Shown here in pieces: positions 43,997 to 57,043 of a DNA stretch of 64,000 nt. Within the stretch, counting starts at the first letter, position 1, and each line of letters starts with the position of its first letter. Under the pieces are notes generated by a model. That model did no database searches, had not been told where the DNA came from, and saw only the letters and a program-made list of their open reading frames with translations. Made by a program: the position numbers and the translations under genes. The DNA lies in assembly GCF_009914755.1 (NCBI RefSeq), contig NC_060939.1. One strand, given 5' to 3'. The stretch is from the human T2T-CHM13v2.0 reference genome, Homo sapiens.

Positions 43997-44853
43997 TTTC
44001 TCTTTATCAATATAATAGAGAAAGGAAGAGAGAAAGTCATTGCAGGGCAAGCAGAGTGACCTACACCTGATTTCTGTACCTCAGGCAGGACTACACACTG
44101 TCTCCATGTAAGGTACCATCTGTTTAGGGAAACTCCAGGCATGCACACTTACATTGGGCCTGTCGCATCCAAGTTTCTAAAGGGAAAGGCTGTGTTTCCT
44201 CTCACATCACAGGCCCAAAGCAGTCTTCTTAGGACAAGGAGCCAAGTAATGCCGCTCAATTGTGTGACCTAAAAATGTATGAGTACATTAGTCTGATTTT
44301 TACATGAGGATATTCCCACCACAGACAGACCAGCATCGTAACAGATTTACAAAAGAGTAGAGATGGGAACAGAGACGAAAAGTGATTCTTAATGTTGTTC
44401 TCAAAGGATTTATTTAAGTATCCCTCATCTCCTCTTGACAGACTCTGCTTAGTTAGTGAGAACTTAATTACCCAATTAAGGATAAAATTATACGTGCTCT
44501 CTTTTTTCAAAATTAATAAACATGGTTCCAACTTTGGATTTTTAAGGAAACTACATTCATATACAACAAACTATGGTAGCAGTCATTGCTCAGTTGTAAT
44601 TAGTTTTTTCTTTATTGCCTACCCACCCAAGGGGGCTCATCCCTGTGCAGCTAATGAAGACAGAGGTGCACTCACAGGAGGAAGGCCACCACTTCCAAGG
44701 ACGTGGGCACTTCCAGAATCACCGGGGGAGGGAACTAAGCTGGTTAGAGTCTGCACTGAGATGACCGCTGGGTAGAAAAAAATTCAACCCGCTGACCATT
44801 ACTCCCCAGCATGGGTGGCAACAATGGCTCTTTCCAGATGGACAACTTTTAGA

Positions 44854-45078
44854 TTGAGGGTGCTCCTGACCCCACAGATGAAGGCCATCTGCAGCAGCTG
44901 CCCCTGCCTTCTCCAGATTCTGCCCTCGCTTTTCCCTAAATCTCAGAATGGGGGTCCCAGTGATCACCTGTATGTTGCCTCTCCTCCCTCTGGAGGACGT
45001 TCCCTCCAGGTGCCTTGCCCTTCTTTCCTGCCAGCAGAATCCCTTTAAAACCACCAGGGATCCTCTCTCACGGGGTTT
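44854..45078 (+). repeat. Direct repeat copy B (probable donor)
   Basis: Same shared sequence as copy A; embedded in unique sequence. Confidence 0.97.
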
Positions 45079-45242
45079 CCTAATGTGGATTTTTATATGA
45101 GAGAACTGGAGTCTCCAATGTAAGCCTTTTTCTCCAAAAAACTCTGGGTTCTTTTTGGTCAATTTCCCTCACTTGCCCTCCTCCCCACACTCCTCATGCC
45201 AACAAAAAGACAATGCTTTCTAAGCCAGCCAAGACTTGAGCA

Positions 45243-45243
<1 letters not shown>

Positions 45244-45281
<38 letters not shown>
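45244..45281. repeat. (CA)n microsatellite
   Basis: Seen directly in the sequence. Confidence 0.97.
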
Positions 45282-45283
<2 letters not shown>

Positions 45284-46234
45284 CAGCACCCTGCCTCTGT
45301 CTAGATGGTTTTCTAACCTCTCTTGCTGACATAGGAGGAACTGGTACAATTTTCAGGCCATCCTCAAAGGGCAGCAGCTGCTGACTAATGTTAGATTCCA
45401 TTAATGCCCCACTCCCTCCCACAGACAGACTCAGGATCTGCAAAGGCTGGAGCTGGGACATGCTGCACTGTGCTCCTCCTGGATTTAAGTGCCTTACCTG
45501 GAAGAGTGATGTCAATGAGCATTGGTTGACATGAACTAATCTAACTTTAATGGGAAACATATTTAAACTCTGTGTATACGATCAGTTTTCAACACATTTG
45601 TGTATTCACAATGTAAGTTAGATTGTTTTGAGTTCTTCATTTTTCCACAATCTTAGCAGCTTAATTTCATTGCCCTCCCTCTTATGGACTCATATGACAA
45701 AAAGCCTGGAGCTCATCTTCTCCCCTTGGTCCTGCTTCTGCCCTTGGTCACTGACACTGTGTAGGCCATTCCTAGCATCTACAGCAGATAATATCCAAGT
45801 TGGTTATTACAAGTAAATTATGTGGCTTTTATTTGCAAATATTCCTATAGCCTGCATATAAAGCCATTTTACTTAAACTCAACATTTCGAAACAGTCCAA
45901 CTTTTAAAAAATCTAAATGGCTTCTTCTAGAAGACACAAATAAATGAAAGAATATTCCATGTTCACGGATTGGAATAATGTATATTGGCAAAATGCCTAT
46001 ACTATCCAAAGCAATCTACAGATTCAGTGCGATCTTTATTAAAATTCTAATGATATTTATTACAGAAATAGAAAAAATCCTAAAAATCTTATGGAACCAC
46101 AAAATATCCTGAACAGCCAAAGAAATCTTGAGCAAATAGATCAAAGCTAGAGACATCACACCACCTACTTCAAAGTATGCTATGAAACTATAGTAATCAA
46201 AACAGCATGGTACTGGTATAAAAACAGACACAAA

Positions 46235-46389
46235 AGCCAGGTATGACAGTGTGCACCTGTAGTCCCAGCTACTCAGGAGGCTGAGGCAGGAGGATCAGCT
46301 GAGTCTGGGAGGTTGAGGCTACAGTGAGCCGTTATTCAGCCACCGCATTCTAGCCTGAGCAACAGAGCAAAACCTTGTCACAAAAAAAG

Positions 46390-46425
<36 letters not shown>
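46235..46425 (+). mobile_element. Alu right monomer (FRAM/AluJ-like) with (CA)n tail
   Basis: cctgtagtcccagctactcaggaggctgaggcaggaggatc...gaggctacagtgagcc. Confidence 0.88.
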
Positions 46426-46431
<6 letters not shown>

Positions 46432-47154
46432 CATAGATAAATGAAACAGAATGGGAGAGCCCAGAAATAAATCCACACATTTACAGGCAATTAATTATTA
46501 ATTTCTGGCAAAACTGTTGCAAACATACAGTGGGGAAAGGACAGTCTCTTCAATAAATGGTGTTGGGAAAACTGGATATCTACATGCAGAAGAATGAAAT
46601 TAGACACTTGTTTCACACTATATACAAATCAACTCAAAATGGACTAAAGACTTAAACATAAGACCTGAAGCTTTAAAACCACTAGAAGAAAACATAGACA
46701 GAAAGCTACACAACATTGGTCTGCATGATGATTGTTTTTTTATTTGACCCCAAAGCACAGGCAATGAAGTGAAATAGACAAGTGGGATTACATCAAACTA
46801 AAAATCTTCTGCAGAACCAAGGAAACAATAGTGAAGAGAAAACCATAAGGAGAATAGAAAACAAAAGGGAGAAAGTATTTCCAAACCATATCCGATAAGG
46901 AGTTAATATCCAAAATACATAAGAGACTCAAACAACTCAATAGCAAGAAAACAAATAACCTGATTTTTTAAAAGTGGCAAAGGATCTGAATAGACATTTC
47001 TTAAAAGAAGACATACAAATGGCCAAAAAGTATTTGAAAAAATGATCAACATCACTAATCTTCAGAGAAATGCAAATTGAAACCATAATGAGATATCACC
47101 TCACACTTGTTACATTTTCTATTATTTTAAAAAGGGAAGACAACCAGTGCTGTC

Positions 47155-47713
47155 TGTAAGAACTAAAGAAAGAGGAAAGAAACACAAATAGTGGCTTAAC
47201 AGTCAAAGGCAGCTTTATTTTGAAGAATCAACCTGAGAGGGGCTTCTGGCCTAGTTAGGTCAGAGGCACTCTCTCTTACAGACTAAGAGTTTTTAAGGGT
47301 TCAGGGCAGGAGAGCTTATCAGAGGCTTGGACTGTTTCTGTGCCTCTTTGTCATACTTATCTTGGAGAGAGAGTTTTTGTCTGTTCCCATACATCTTCCT
47401 GAAGCTACAGGCATACCCTCCAAGTCTGATTTTGGCTTTCCTATCTTAGTGCACCTAAAGGGAAAGGAATGTGCTTATTAGGGCCCACTGTTTTACTGGG
47501 GCCCATTGTATGAGTGTGAAGTTTGGCAGTTACTCAAAAGACTTTCCCCTCTCCCTCTGTGCTCCAGCTGTCTTATCTGTGTTTTACTGTCTCTCTTTCT
47601 GGCTGCTTGCTGTTAGAAGAGAAGTGATTTCCTTGAAATTCATGAGGCTAAAAATGGAGCTGGAACTTAAAGTGACAGTGTTTGTCCAAGATGACAGTGC
47701 CCCTGCTCTGTCA
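47155..47713 (-). mobile_element. ERV1 solo LTR (LTR19-like)
   Basis: TG...CA termini; 5-bp TSD ctgtc (47150-47154 / 47714-47718); minus-strand start tgacagagcaggggcactgtcatcttggacaaacac. Confidence 0.85.
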
Positions 47714-47937
47714 CTGTCAAGTATATAGAGAAAAGGGAACCTTTGCATACTGTTGGTGGGAACATAAATTAGTACAACTGTTATAGAAAACAGTATGAAG
47801 TTTCTTCAACAATTAAAAATAGAACTACCATATGATCCAACAATCCCACGACTGGTATATATCCAAAGGAATTGACATCAGTATGTTGAAGAGATGTCTA
47901 CAATTCCATGTTGATTTTAGTATTGTTCACAATAACC

Positions 47938-48428
47938 TGTAGTGGGATTGACAAGGAATCAGAGAGACTGATGAGGTTCAGGGGGATATTTATTATTTAG
48001 GTGCACCGGCCCAGTTGGTTTAACATCCAAGGGACTGAGCCCTGAACAAAAAGTTAAGTTACCTTTTAAGCATTTCGTGGGGCAGGGGGAGATCTGTGCA
48101 GGAGGAAGCATATTACAGGAGCGAGAAACAAAGACAGTTATTCAATTAATTGAGACATCCATTACATCATTTCTTACTTTTCAAGGAAAAACATGTTTTA
48201 CAACTTGAGTTTATCTGTCGAGTGACCTTGCAGCTGCACAGCTAGAGAAACAGGGTCTTCACAATGCCTGGGAAAGGAGGAGAGATAAGGCTCACTAGCC
48301 ACAGAAAAACAGGCAGTTAATTTTTAAAGGACTCCAGCTCTTTCTTTTTCTGGGGGGGAACTGGGTTTTCTTACATGCAGCTGAGTTTCTGCTTACACAT
48401 TCTTTAATTTCCTTTAATTCCTGTTCCA
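47938..48428 (-). mobile_element. ERV1 solo LTR (LTR15-like)
   Basis: TG...CA termini; 4-bp TSD aacc (47934-47937 / 48429-48432); minus-strand start tggaacaggaattaaaggaaattaaagaatgtg. Confidence 0.85.
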
Positions 48429-50504
48429 AACCAAGATATGGAAATAATCTCAGTGTCCACCAATGGATGAAAGGATTTTTTAAAATGTGGTGCATCTACA
48501 TGATGAAGAACTATACAGCCTTTATAAAGAAGAAAATCTTATCATTTGTGACAACATGGATGGAACTGCAGGATTGAAATAAGCCAGGAAGAGAAAGGCA
48601 AACACTACACGATCTCACTTGTGTGTATAATAGACAAAGCTGAACTCATAGATGTAGAGAGTAGAATGGGATTAGAGAGATGTTGGTCAAAGGATACAAA
48701 ATTTCAGTTAGACAGAAGGAATAAATTCAAGAGACCCGATTGTACAATGTGATGACTATAGTTAATAACAATGTATTGTATTCTTGAAAATTGCCAACAC
48801 AGACAACAAAAGGTAGAAAGTATTTTCAAACTATATCTGATAAGGAGTTAATATCTAACATACATAAGGAACTCAAACATGAGAGTAGATGTTAAGTGTT
48901 CTCACCACAAAAAAAAGATAAGTATGTGAGGTAATGCATATGCTTAGCTTGATTTAGCCATTCCACAATGTATACTTACTTCAAAACATCATGTTGTACA
49001 TGATAAATACATACAATAAAAATAGGAAAGAAATAATTCTGAAATAAATAAATAATAAATGGCCTCTTCTGATATAAAGGGTAAAAAGTAAACTTAACTA
49101 TAAATTAATTTTAACATACATTTTTTGAAAACAATGATTGTGGCTGTTTTTTGAAATTTTGTGATTTCTCCAAGCACTGGAGACAGTGGTTTATGCTTCC
49201 GTGAGGCAGTAGTGGAATAATTTGTTGAGAAAAATTACTGAGAGTAGAAAATTGGAGATCCTAAAGATTCTCAAATATTTTCAATAAAAGGGAAACTTCA
49301 GCTACCTTAGAATGTCATTGTTTTAATTATCTTCCCAGCTCCTTCCTTCCACTGCCATTATCTATCCAAACCTTGCATTCTTGCTTTTCTCTCAGCTGTA
49401 GCTGGTGGTTATTAACAAGCCTGAAGAATCTTAGATGCCAGAGGTTACATCACAGTCCCAGTAGATTACAAAGATGGTGAACAGCTAAATCGGAGGGTAT
49501 ATGCTTGACAAAAAAAAAAAAAAATCAAAACTTGCCTCTTTTGAGGGAAATTCGGCAAAAGGCTCTAGCAAAGTGTTTTGCAATTACAGTGTGCTAACCA
49601 GTGTAGCAGTGTGGAGAGCAGACAGTAGGTCAGCATTTTATTCATGAAGCTTGCTTATTCAAAATAACAAGCAACTTCCTTCCTGCAAAACAGAAAAAAC
49701 ATAAGCATCAGCAAGCTGCCGGCCACATCCGCCTGGCCTTCATCTGTGGCTGGTGTGTTTTTGCTGTGGGTTTTTACTGATTACTCCCTTTTTCAGGGAG
49801 CATAAGAAAAAAAAAATGTCTGTGTGACCTCCCCCTATGCTATGCGGTAAAATTATTTGCTTCCACAAACTAAATATTTCTTCATAGCTAGATAGATTTT
49901 ATTCTAACAAATAAATTCATTTTAACGTAACTTCATCACATAACTCACCGGAATGCAGCTTCAGAGGCAGTGCTGACCAGAATGCAAGCTGAGTTCGGTA
50001 CCAAACAGAGCAATTAAATCTAAACTTGCTGTAACTATAAGGTAGCATTATTTTAAACAAAACAAACTCCTTATCTGAGCATGTGCATGTGAATGTGTAA
50101 TACATGTCTCCCACATAAATGTGTTTTATATTTTACACAGCGAACAGATGACTAATTGATTTTCCGTAATGATTACTATTGCTTTCTCCTAACTCTGTTT
50201 GAAGAGGGCCTTCATTATTTTTCATTTCCTTCCCTTTGACATTATTTCAAAGTCTTCATGTTCCCTCTGATGCTGCAGTCATCAGACATCTGAATGTCTG
50301 CTACTGAATGGCCCCAGGTGTAAGAAGTATCTTTCTACTTCCTCAGACCGTCTTTCATCCGAGAGGGTGTGGTAGTGACTTTTCCCTCTGTTTGGCATCT
50401 CAAATGCTCTCCTGAGGCTCATCCCGGACTGGCCAAGGAGAGATCCCTGCTGGTTTCCAGGAGTGGGGCCTGAGCTGGACTTCCAAACCACAGCAGTCCA
50501 TCTG

Positions 50505-51060
50505 GGCAATGGAGCCCAGATATTTGGTCAAACAGTAGCCTAGATATCACTGAAAAGGTGTTTTTTAGATGAGACTAACATTTAAATTTGTAACTTTGAG
50601 TAAAGCAGATTCCCTTCCGTAATGTGGATGGGCCTCATCCAATCAACTGAAAGCCTTAAGACGAAACAGACTGAGGTCCTCCGAGGAAAAAGGAATTCTG
50701 CCTCCAGTCTACCTTCAGACTGAGCCAAAGCATCCATTCATCCTTGGGTCTCCAGCCTGCCTTTCAAAATTTGGACTTAACAGCCCCCACAGGTGCATGA
50801 GCTAATTTCTTAAAGTAAATCTATCTACCTATCTACACACATATATATGCAGGCATGTGTGTATATATACATATATATGTATATGTTTACACATACTTAC
50901 GCATATGTATGTATATGATACCTACAGATATGCATAGGTATAGATATGTAGATATAGATTTATTTTAAGGAACTGACTCACAATTATGGAGGCTGGCAAG
51001 TCCAGATTTTGCATATGTGTACACTTATACACATATATGTGTGTATATATACATATACAC
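50505..51060 (+). mobile_element. MLT2 (ERVL) LTR with TA/CA microsatellite
   Basis: tttgagtaaagcagattcccttccgtaatgtggatgggcctcatccaatcaactgaaagcc...ggaattctgcctccag. Confidence 0.85.
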
Positions 51061-54000
51061 CTACTCACATCCGACACCAGAAAGATGGGTGTCACCCTTT
51101 ACTCTCCCTACAATTCCCTGCCCTGTGGGTCCCTTTTCATAACTTTCCCTTGAAACCAAGCCTGTTTTCCATCCCCTGTGGGCACCATCCAGTTTCAGCC
51201 TCAGCCTCACACACCCTCAACACAGTCAGACACTGCTTGTTGCCATTGTTATGGTCAAGAGATCATAGCTGAGGAGCTAAAAATTATATACACTCAAAAT
51301 TATATATAATTATATGTATTATATAATTAGAATGCATATATGATAATGAATATAGGATATCAACTCCCTGCATGTGCTTTTAAGATGAATCTAACATCTT
51401 TAACTCAGCTCAGACCCAAAGGCCAGTGCCTCCCTTCAGCTTTCTCTCTTCCACACCTTTCGTCTGTCGCAGCTATGGCAACTGTCTTTCCCCCTAACCC
51501 TAGCCATGGATCTTCACAAAGAGGTTTATTCTAACAAAATGTCTTTTCCTGATTCTTAGCTACCTACCTCCTACTCTCAGTCCAAGCTTTTGCTTCAGCC
51601 TTCCGATTTCCAAGGGCTTCGTGTGCTCCCTTCACTAGTGCTGTCCACCTGGAATATGCCCCGGCAGGATGTCACACTTCTCATCTCATCTATCGTGACG
51701 AGATCACCAGCTGCCTTCCCCACTAGTCTTCCAAAACCGAAGATATGGCTGTTTCCAAAGTGTAACAACAGCAACCAGCACAAGGTCTGACATAGTGTAG
51801 ACTGTAGCCATGTATTAAAACAAATTAAATTATCGTACGGGTGAATTACAGAACTTATGTGACTACTCACTGTATACACTGGGTTTGCACATTCAAGATG
51901 AGCTTAAAAAATAACTAGTTGTAGCTTATGGCTAAAGAATAATAACAAGTAAATAATAGCTATGATTCTCATGTCTGTGAGATCTAAGTCACATCTTTGT
52001 CCCAGCATTCTACCCATGAGAAACAAGTGGTAAGTGTAATGAACGTTTCTATGTGAAAAAAATCAGGAGAGAAGATACTGATTAAAATGAGGATAGCAAA
52101 CTTATGTTCATTTCATTAGATCATATGGATTAGAATTTTGCCTGACTCAATATTTTATACTAAGCATCTTCTCCCTGAATAGTTATATAATTTAAGCCAT
52201 AGTAAAACCTTAATAAATAGTTGTCAGTATTCATTAGAATTTAATTCATGCTTGTATTCAGAACAAGCAATGGATAGTTTTAAAAGACACCATGAAAATA
52301 AAGATAACATAACACAAAGTCATTACTGCAGATGTGTTTTCACTCCAGGTTGGAAGCACCAAATAAGATCCATACTCACAGACACTTCTCTGAACACACT
52401 TCTTTTGAGGTAAATAGACCACAAGCACTAAACACAATTTGTATTTGAGCTATGTAGTTGGGTTGATTTTATAATTAAAAACGTGCCCCCCACTGGTCTT
52501 TATAAGTTCTGTAAGGGCAGAAACTCTGTATACTTCCCTTATCACTGCACCCCTGGGGCCTCGCACAGTGCCTGGCACACCGCAGGTGTCATCCATTGTT
52601 TGTCTAATACTATGAATAAAAATGGTTTCCAGATTGTGTGTGTATAGATGTATATGTGTGTGTGTATATATATATATACATATATGTATAAATGTATAAT
52701 TAAACAATGTCACAATAAAACCCTACTTGCTTAAGACCTAATTGCCAAGATCAGCAAAGCTAAAGGGAAGAGTTTGTAGAGAACTTGCAACTAGCACTGA
52801 TTCTCCTGGAGCAACCATCCCAAACCAATGAGACCCAAACCTACCAAGATGCTCACTCTCATTTCTCCTTCTCTCTGTTAAGATTCCCTCTTAGCTTTTT
52901 TTCCTTCCACAGGCACAGTGGCCACAAGCAGCCTCCAATTTAGGATGATCCTAAAGACAAAGCCCATTTTCACTCTCTTAAGTTTGAAAACTATCAAGAC
53001 TGTGATTGGGCTGGCTTGGGTCGTGTTGGCCATAGAAATGGAGCACCCTGATCAGTGTGACCAAGTGGGGTGTGGCACTGTGGGCAGCCCCAGCGTAATC
53101 AAGGAAAGTCAGATTTTCCCAAGGGAGATGAGATGCATGACAGAGCCCAAAAGGCAGTTTCCGTTGCATTCCCCCTTCATTACCAGAGTGAGACCACAGA
53201 GTAGTGACCCAGCGCATGGAAGGGCAGAATTCAATCAAGCGAGGAGGGTAAATGTTCACAGAATAAGCTACAATGGGTGCTTAACTGATCCAAAAAGAGT
53301 AATGTGCCCTTTAGTATGGAATAAGTGACATTCTGACCATTCATAGTCCTCACCTCAGTCCTCCATCAAGTAAGTGAGAAAATCTAAATATCCTCCTTGA
53401 ATCAGCATTATGATTCTAGCCAGCCATCTCTCTGGACGGGGACTGACTGTGGAAAGTGCTTGTCATCACTTGCTCTGCAGCCCTCACCAACTCTCCTCTG
53501 ACTTAAGTGGGATGTGGTTTCCCTGGAGCTGCTCTCGACACTGAGGAACCCCTCCTTGATCCCCAACAATGGGATTTACACGAGCAGGTCCCCATTGTCC
53601 TCTGATGAAGGCAGTACGTTCTGACTTGGGCACAGACATGAGACATTGCATAAGAAGCTCACCTTGGTTGACAGCCTCCAAAATGATAATTTCACTGAGG
53701 CACCGTCTTACCAGAAAAATGGATTTTAATAGGCTTACAATTTTGTTTAAAAAATTCCATCTTATTAATTGTGAATTAATGATAGAGTTGTTGAAAGAAA
53801 AGTGAAACATGGAGAGGACAGTGGTTCAAAAGGAAAGAAGATATATTTGTGGCAATTTTCTGAATGATGGCTTGTTACAGCCAATTCAACATGTACTGAG
53901 GACCCAGGACACTTACACACCCTGGTCATTTGAGCAAATTATTCTCACTCCATCTTCTTTGTTCTGGGTGGCTTCTGTATGTCTCAGAACACTGCTTCAT

Positions 54001-54439
54001 TAGCTATTCTGTCTCCACCACATGAATCTCTGATGCTGTTCATATGTGCTGGGCGCCACCAAAAACTGGCATCACTACTTTGGGAAAACTTTCAGCAAAA
54101 TAGAAAGCAGTGGCCACTGCCACTGCCAAGAACCGTGAGGTTTTCATCAGCGCATTTCTGACCTGGAAGGTAGTTGTATTGATAATGCTCTGCCCTCTTT
54201 TGAAATTTGTCGGGCTGTATGGAGTCCTGGATATGGAGAAACAGAGCGCTGGGGCACGTGGTTATGGAAACAAGCGATGGACTATGGACTGACTCACTGG
54301 CATGAAAGGCTGGCAGTTCTGCTGCACATGTCTACTGCACTGAGCAGTTGAGTAAATGGATGACAGAGGGTGGAGCAGGGAGGTTACCAATAAGCAGCGG
54401 GGAGCCTGGAATGACCCATGTGGGTAGGAACAGATTTGA

Positions 54440-55150
54440 GTCACCGACATCAGTATGAATTCGTGTTTACTTCAGTATAGATACCAACGGCTACAAAAGT
54501 GTGTATAAATGTGTGTGTGCATGTGGTTAGTATGTGCACATACATTCCCTTGTTCTGTCAGCTGAGAAGGCTCAGAGTCAATGACACCTAAGTAGGAATG
54601 AGCATAACTAGTGCCCAGACCTTGGTTTCTAATCGCGTTCTCCAGTAAAAGGAACCAGGGCTCCTTGGAAAATGGCTGACCATAGGCCTGGAGCAGGAAA
54701 TGTACAAATGAGCCTGGAGCACCTTGCAGCCCTAGAAAGTTTTAAAAGACTTAAAAAAAAAAAAAAGATGAAGTTATGTCAAAGCTACACAGTAGCTAAC
54801 TGGAAGAGAGCTCTTAATGGCCAAAGCTGGAACAATTTGAGCAACAAAATGGTGTTGGATTATATTTAAAATAAATATCCAGGAGCCATAGTGATATGAA
54901 GGATTACACAGATTAATTAACGGTGGAGAAAAGACAAATTTCCTATGCAGGAAAGTTCCCAATAATTTATGTAGCTGTTCCACCCTCAAGCACGTGGAAC
55001 CTAACTCCCCACCCTTAAATGTGGGCCACACACAGTGACGCCCTTGCAAAGATTACAGTACAGAAATTGAGTGGGTAAGATTACCCTTATAGTGGAGAAA
55101 ACAGACCATCAGTACTTCAGCCAGATAATTAATGGCAAAGTCAACAGTGG
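54440..55150 (+). mobile_element. L1MC/L1MD 3'UTR fragment
   Basis: Homologous to 1930-2600 (ctggaacaatttgagcaacaaaat; taactccccacccttaa). Confidence 0.75.
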
Positions 55151-55799
55151 AGGGTCACGGGAAAGGCCCAGAGAATAGACTGTGTCAGGGACTCGTTCCA
55201 AGCCAGCGTGTGTTCTCAACTAAAAGAGCTATTTGCAGCTATAAGGCTTTATGGGATTCTGGTTCATTTTCTTCCACTGACCTTCTAAGGAAATGCGCTG
55301 CCAGCATACACGGACTGTGAGGAAGGCCAGTTCCTGCCCAGAGCATGCCAGTGTTTTCCAGACTTACGTGGCTCCTCAGGACACAGACAAGTGACCCCAC
55401 AACATGCCAGCATTGTGTGTCCACAAAAAGCAGGCAGCAGCTTGGACTGAGCCGTCTCACTCTTCTTCCCCTAAGCAGGGTGAATCTGCACATCAGAACC
55501 TGGGTGGGGCGAAGATCTTGGAAGAGCTGCCCCAAAGTCCCTGCGGGACATCATCACCCCCTGTAACCTCCAGACACTCCAGAGGGGAACAATTACTGCC
55601 AAATGTGCCTAAAACCATTTTCAGCTTTGCAAATCATAAAACTTCTTGATATTATTGGTCTTGAGACCATCTAAAAACAAATCCCAAAATTGCATCACAT
55701 AGAAAATACAAACAAAAAAACAAAGAGCATCATTTCATAGTAGCACAGGGAAGTCATCCATGACTAAGTCAACTCTTTGCAAACACAAGGGCAATGATA

Positions 55800-56060
55800 A
55801 TAATAATAACAACTGCAACTAATACCTGCTGTTGCTACATTATGAGTTTTTTATGTATTACCCACTCTATTTTTAGTTAATTCTTATAAATACCACACAA
55901 GGGAGGTATACTTTATAAGCATATTTACCGAGGAGGATGCAGGATTGCAGAGGGTAAGAAATATGCCCATGGTCTCACTCCCAGTGAGCTGCCAGGCCAG
56001 GACTCGGGGCTCGGTGTCTCTGATTCCAGAGACATGAGGAATCTCAACTCTGCACTCCAG
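55800..56060 (-). mobile_element. MIR fragment
   Basis: tttaccgaggaggatgcaggattgcagagggtaagaaatatgcccatggtctcactcccagtgag...ggactc. Confidence 0.6.
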
Positions 56061-56429
56061 CTGTTCCAGCCAGTCATTGGTTGATAGCAGTAGGATGTTT
56101 CATCTTCTCAATGTTACAAATATCATCATACATGACTGGCTAAAAATGATCAGAAATGAAAACGTAAAATACATTTTGATACATAGATAAAAAATAAAAA
56201 CACAGATAGAAAATGTGCTCCATGGTGTATTACATTATCAATAGTTGCATCACCAGTGATTAGGACTATTTATTTATTAGAGAGTTTTCTGCAAATTTTT
56301 GGTAGCCAAATCCCTGGTGCACGACTTCCCAAACCAAAAGCATGAGAGAAAGAGCAGCGAGAGATGGACAGTGACAGCCCCATCCTTCCTGGGCTCCCAC
56401 GCCTTCAGCTGCTGGCCAGAGCCCTAACA

Positions 56430-56880
56430 TGTGGTTCCTTTTGTGGAAATAAACAAAGTCCACCCAAATGGAACAAGCAGAGGCTATTTATTCAGCGCTT
56501 TCGAGACCAAGGGAAGCAGCCTTCAGCACCTGCATTTGTCAGAGACTCAAAGGCAAGCAGAGGAGTGGGAAGGCAAATTGTGAAAAAAGAGAAGGAGGGA
56601 TTCCGGTGCACCCCGAGTGGGGGCTGTTGGTGTGGGGAAGCTGGAGGCAGCCCGCTAGAAGCAGGCATCTGTGCGATTGGCAGGCTTTCTCCAGTAGGTC
56701 CTGAGTTGGGGGTGGGGTACAAAAATCAGGGAAGCTGGCGGTTGTGAATAGAGCCCTGACTGTTCTTGGCTGCTGACTGCAGAGGCTGTGGCTGGCTTTC
56801 CGGCCTGGTTGCTGCAGAGGTTGTAGAGCTGGACTGTTATACATAGTCCAGCCCTGTCACTTTGTATATTCGGTTTCTCA
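56430..56880 (-). mobile_element. Old ERV1-class LTR (MER90/MER67-like)
   Basis: Minus-strand start tgagaaaccgaatatacaaag; plus-strand tatttattc gives a minus-strand AATAAA. Confidence 0.55.
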
Positions 56881-57043
56881 TCCAGGTAACCTTCATGACA
56901 GACCAGTATCGCTCACCTTTCTCGAGGCTGAGAGTGAGGGAGAGTACGTGGGGGTGCATATGGAGGAAGTACAGGGCTCTCCTGGAAGTCAGAGAATAAG
57001 AATAGAGCAAATACTAAACTGAATAGAGCACATGGTCATGTGC

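Larger units (their letters stand above)
45925..49060 (+). mobile_element. L1MA 3' ~2 kb hosting an Alu monomer and two LTRs
   Basis: ORF2 C-terminal motifs (ccatgttcacggattgga; cttcaataaatggtgttgggaaaactgg) and an L1MA 3'UTR with A-rich tail. Confidence 0.9.
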
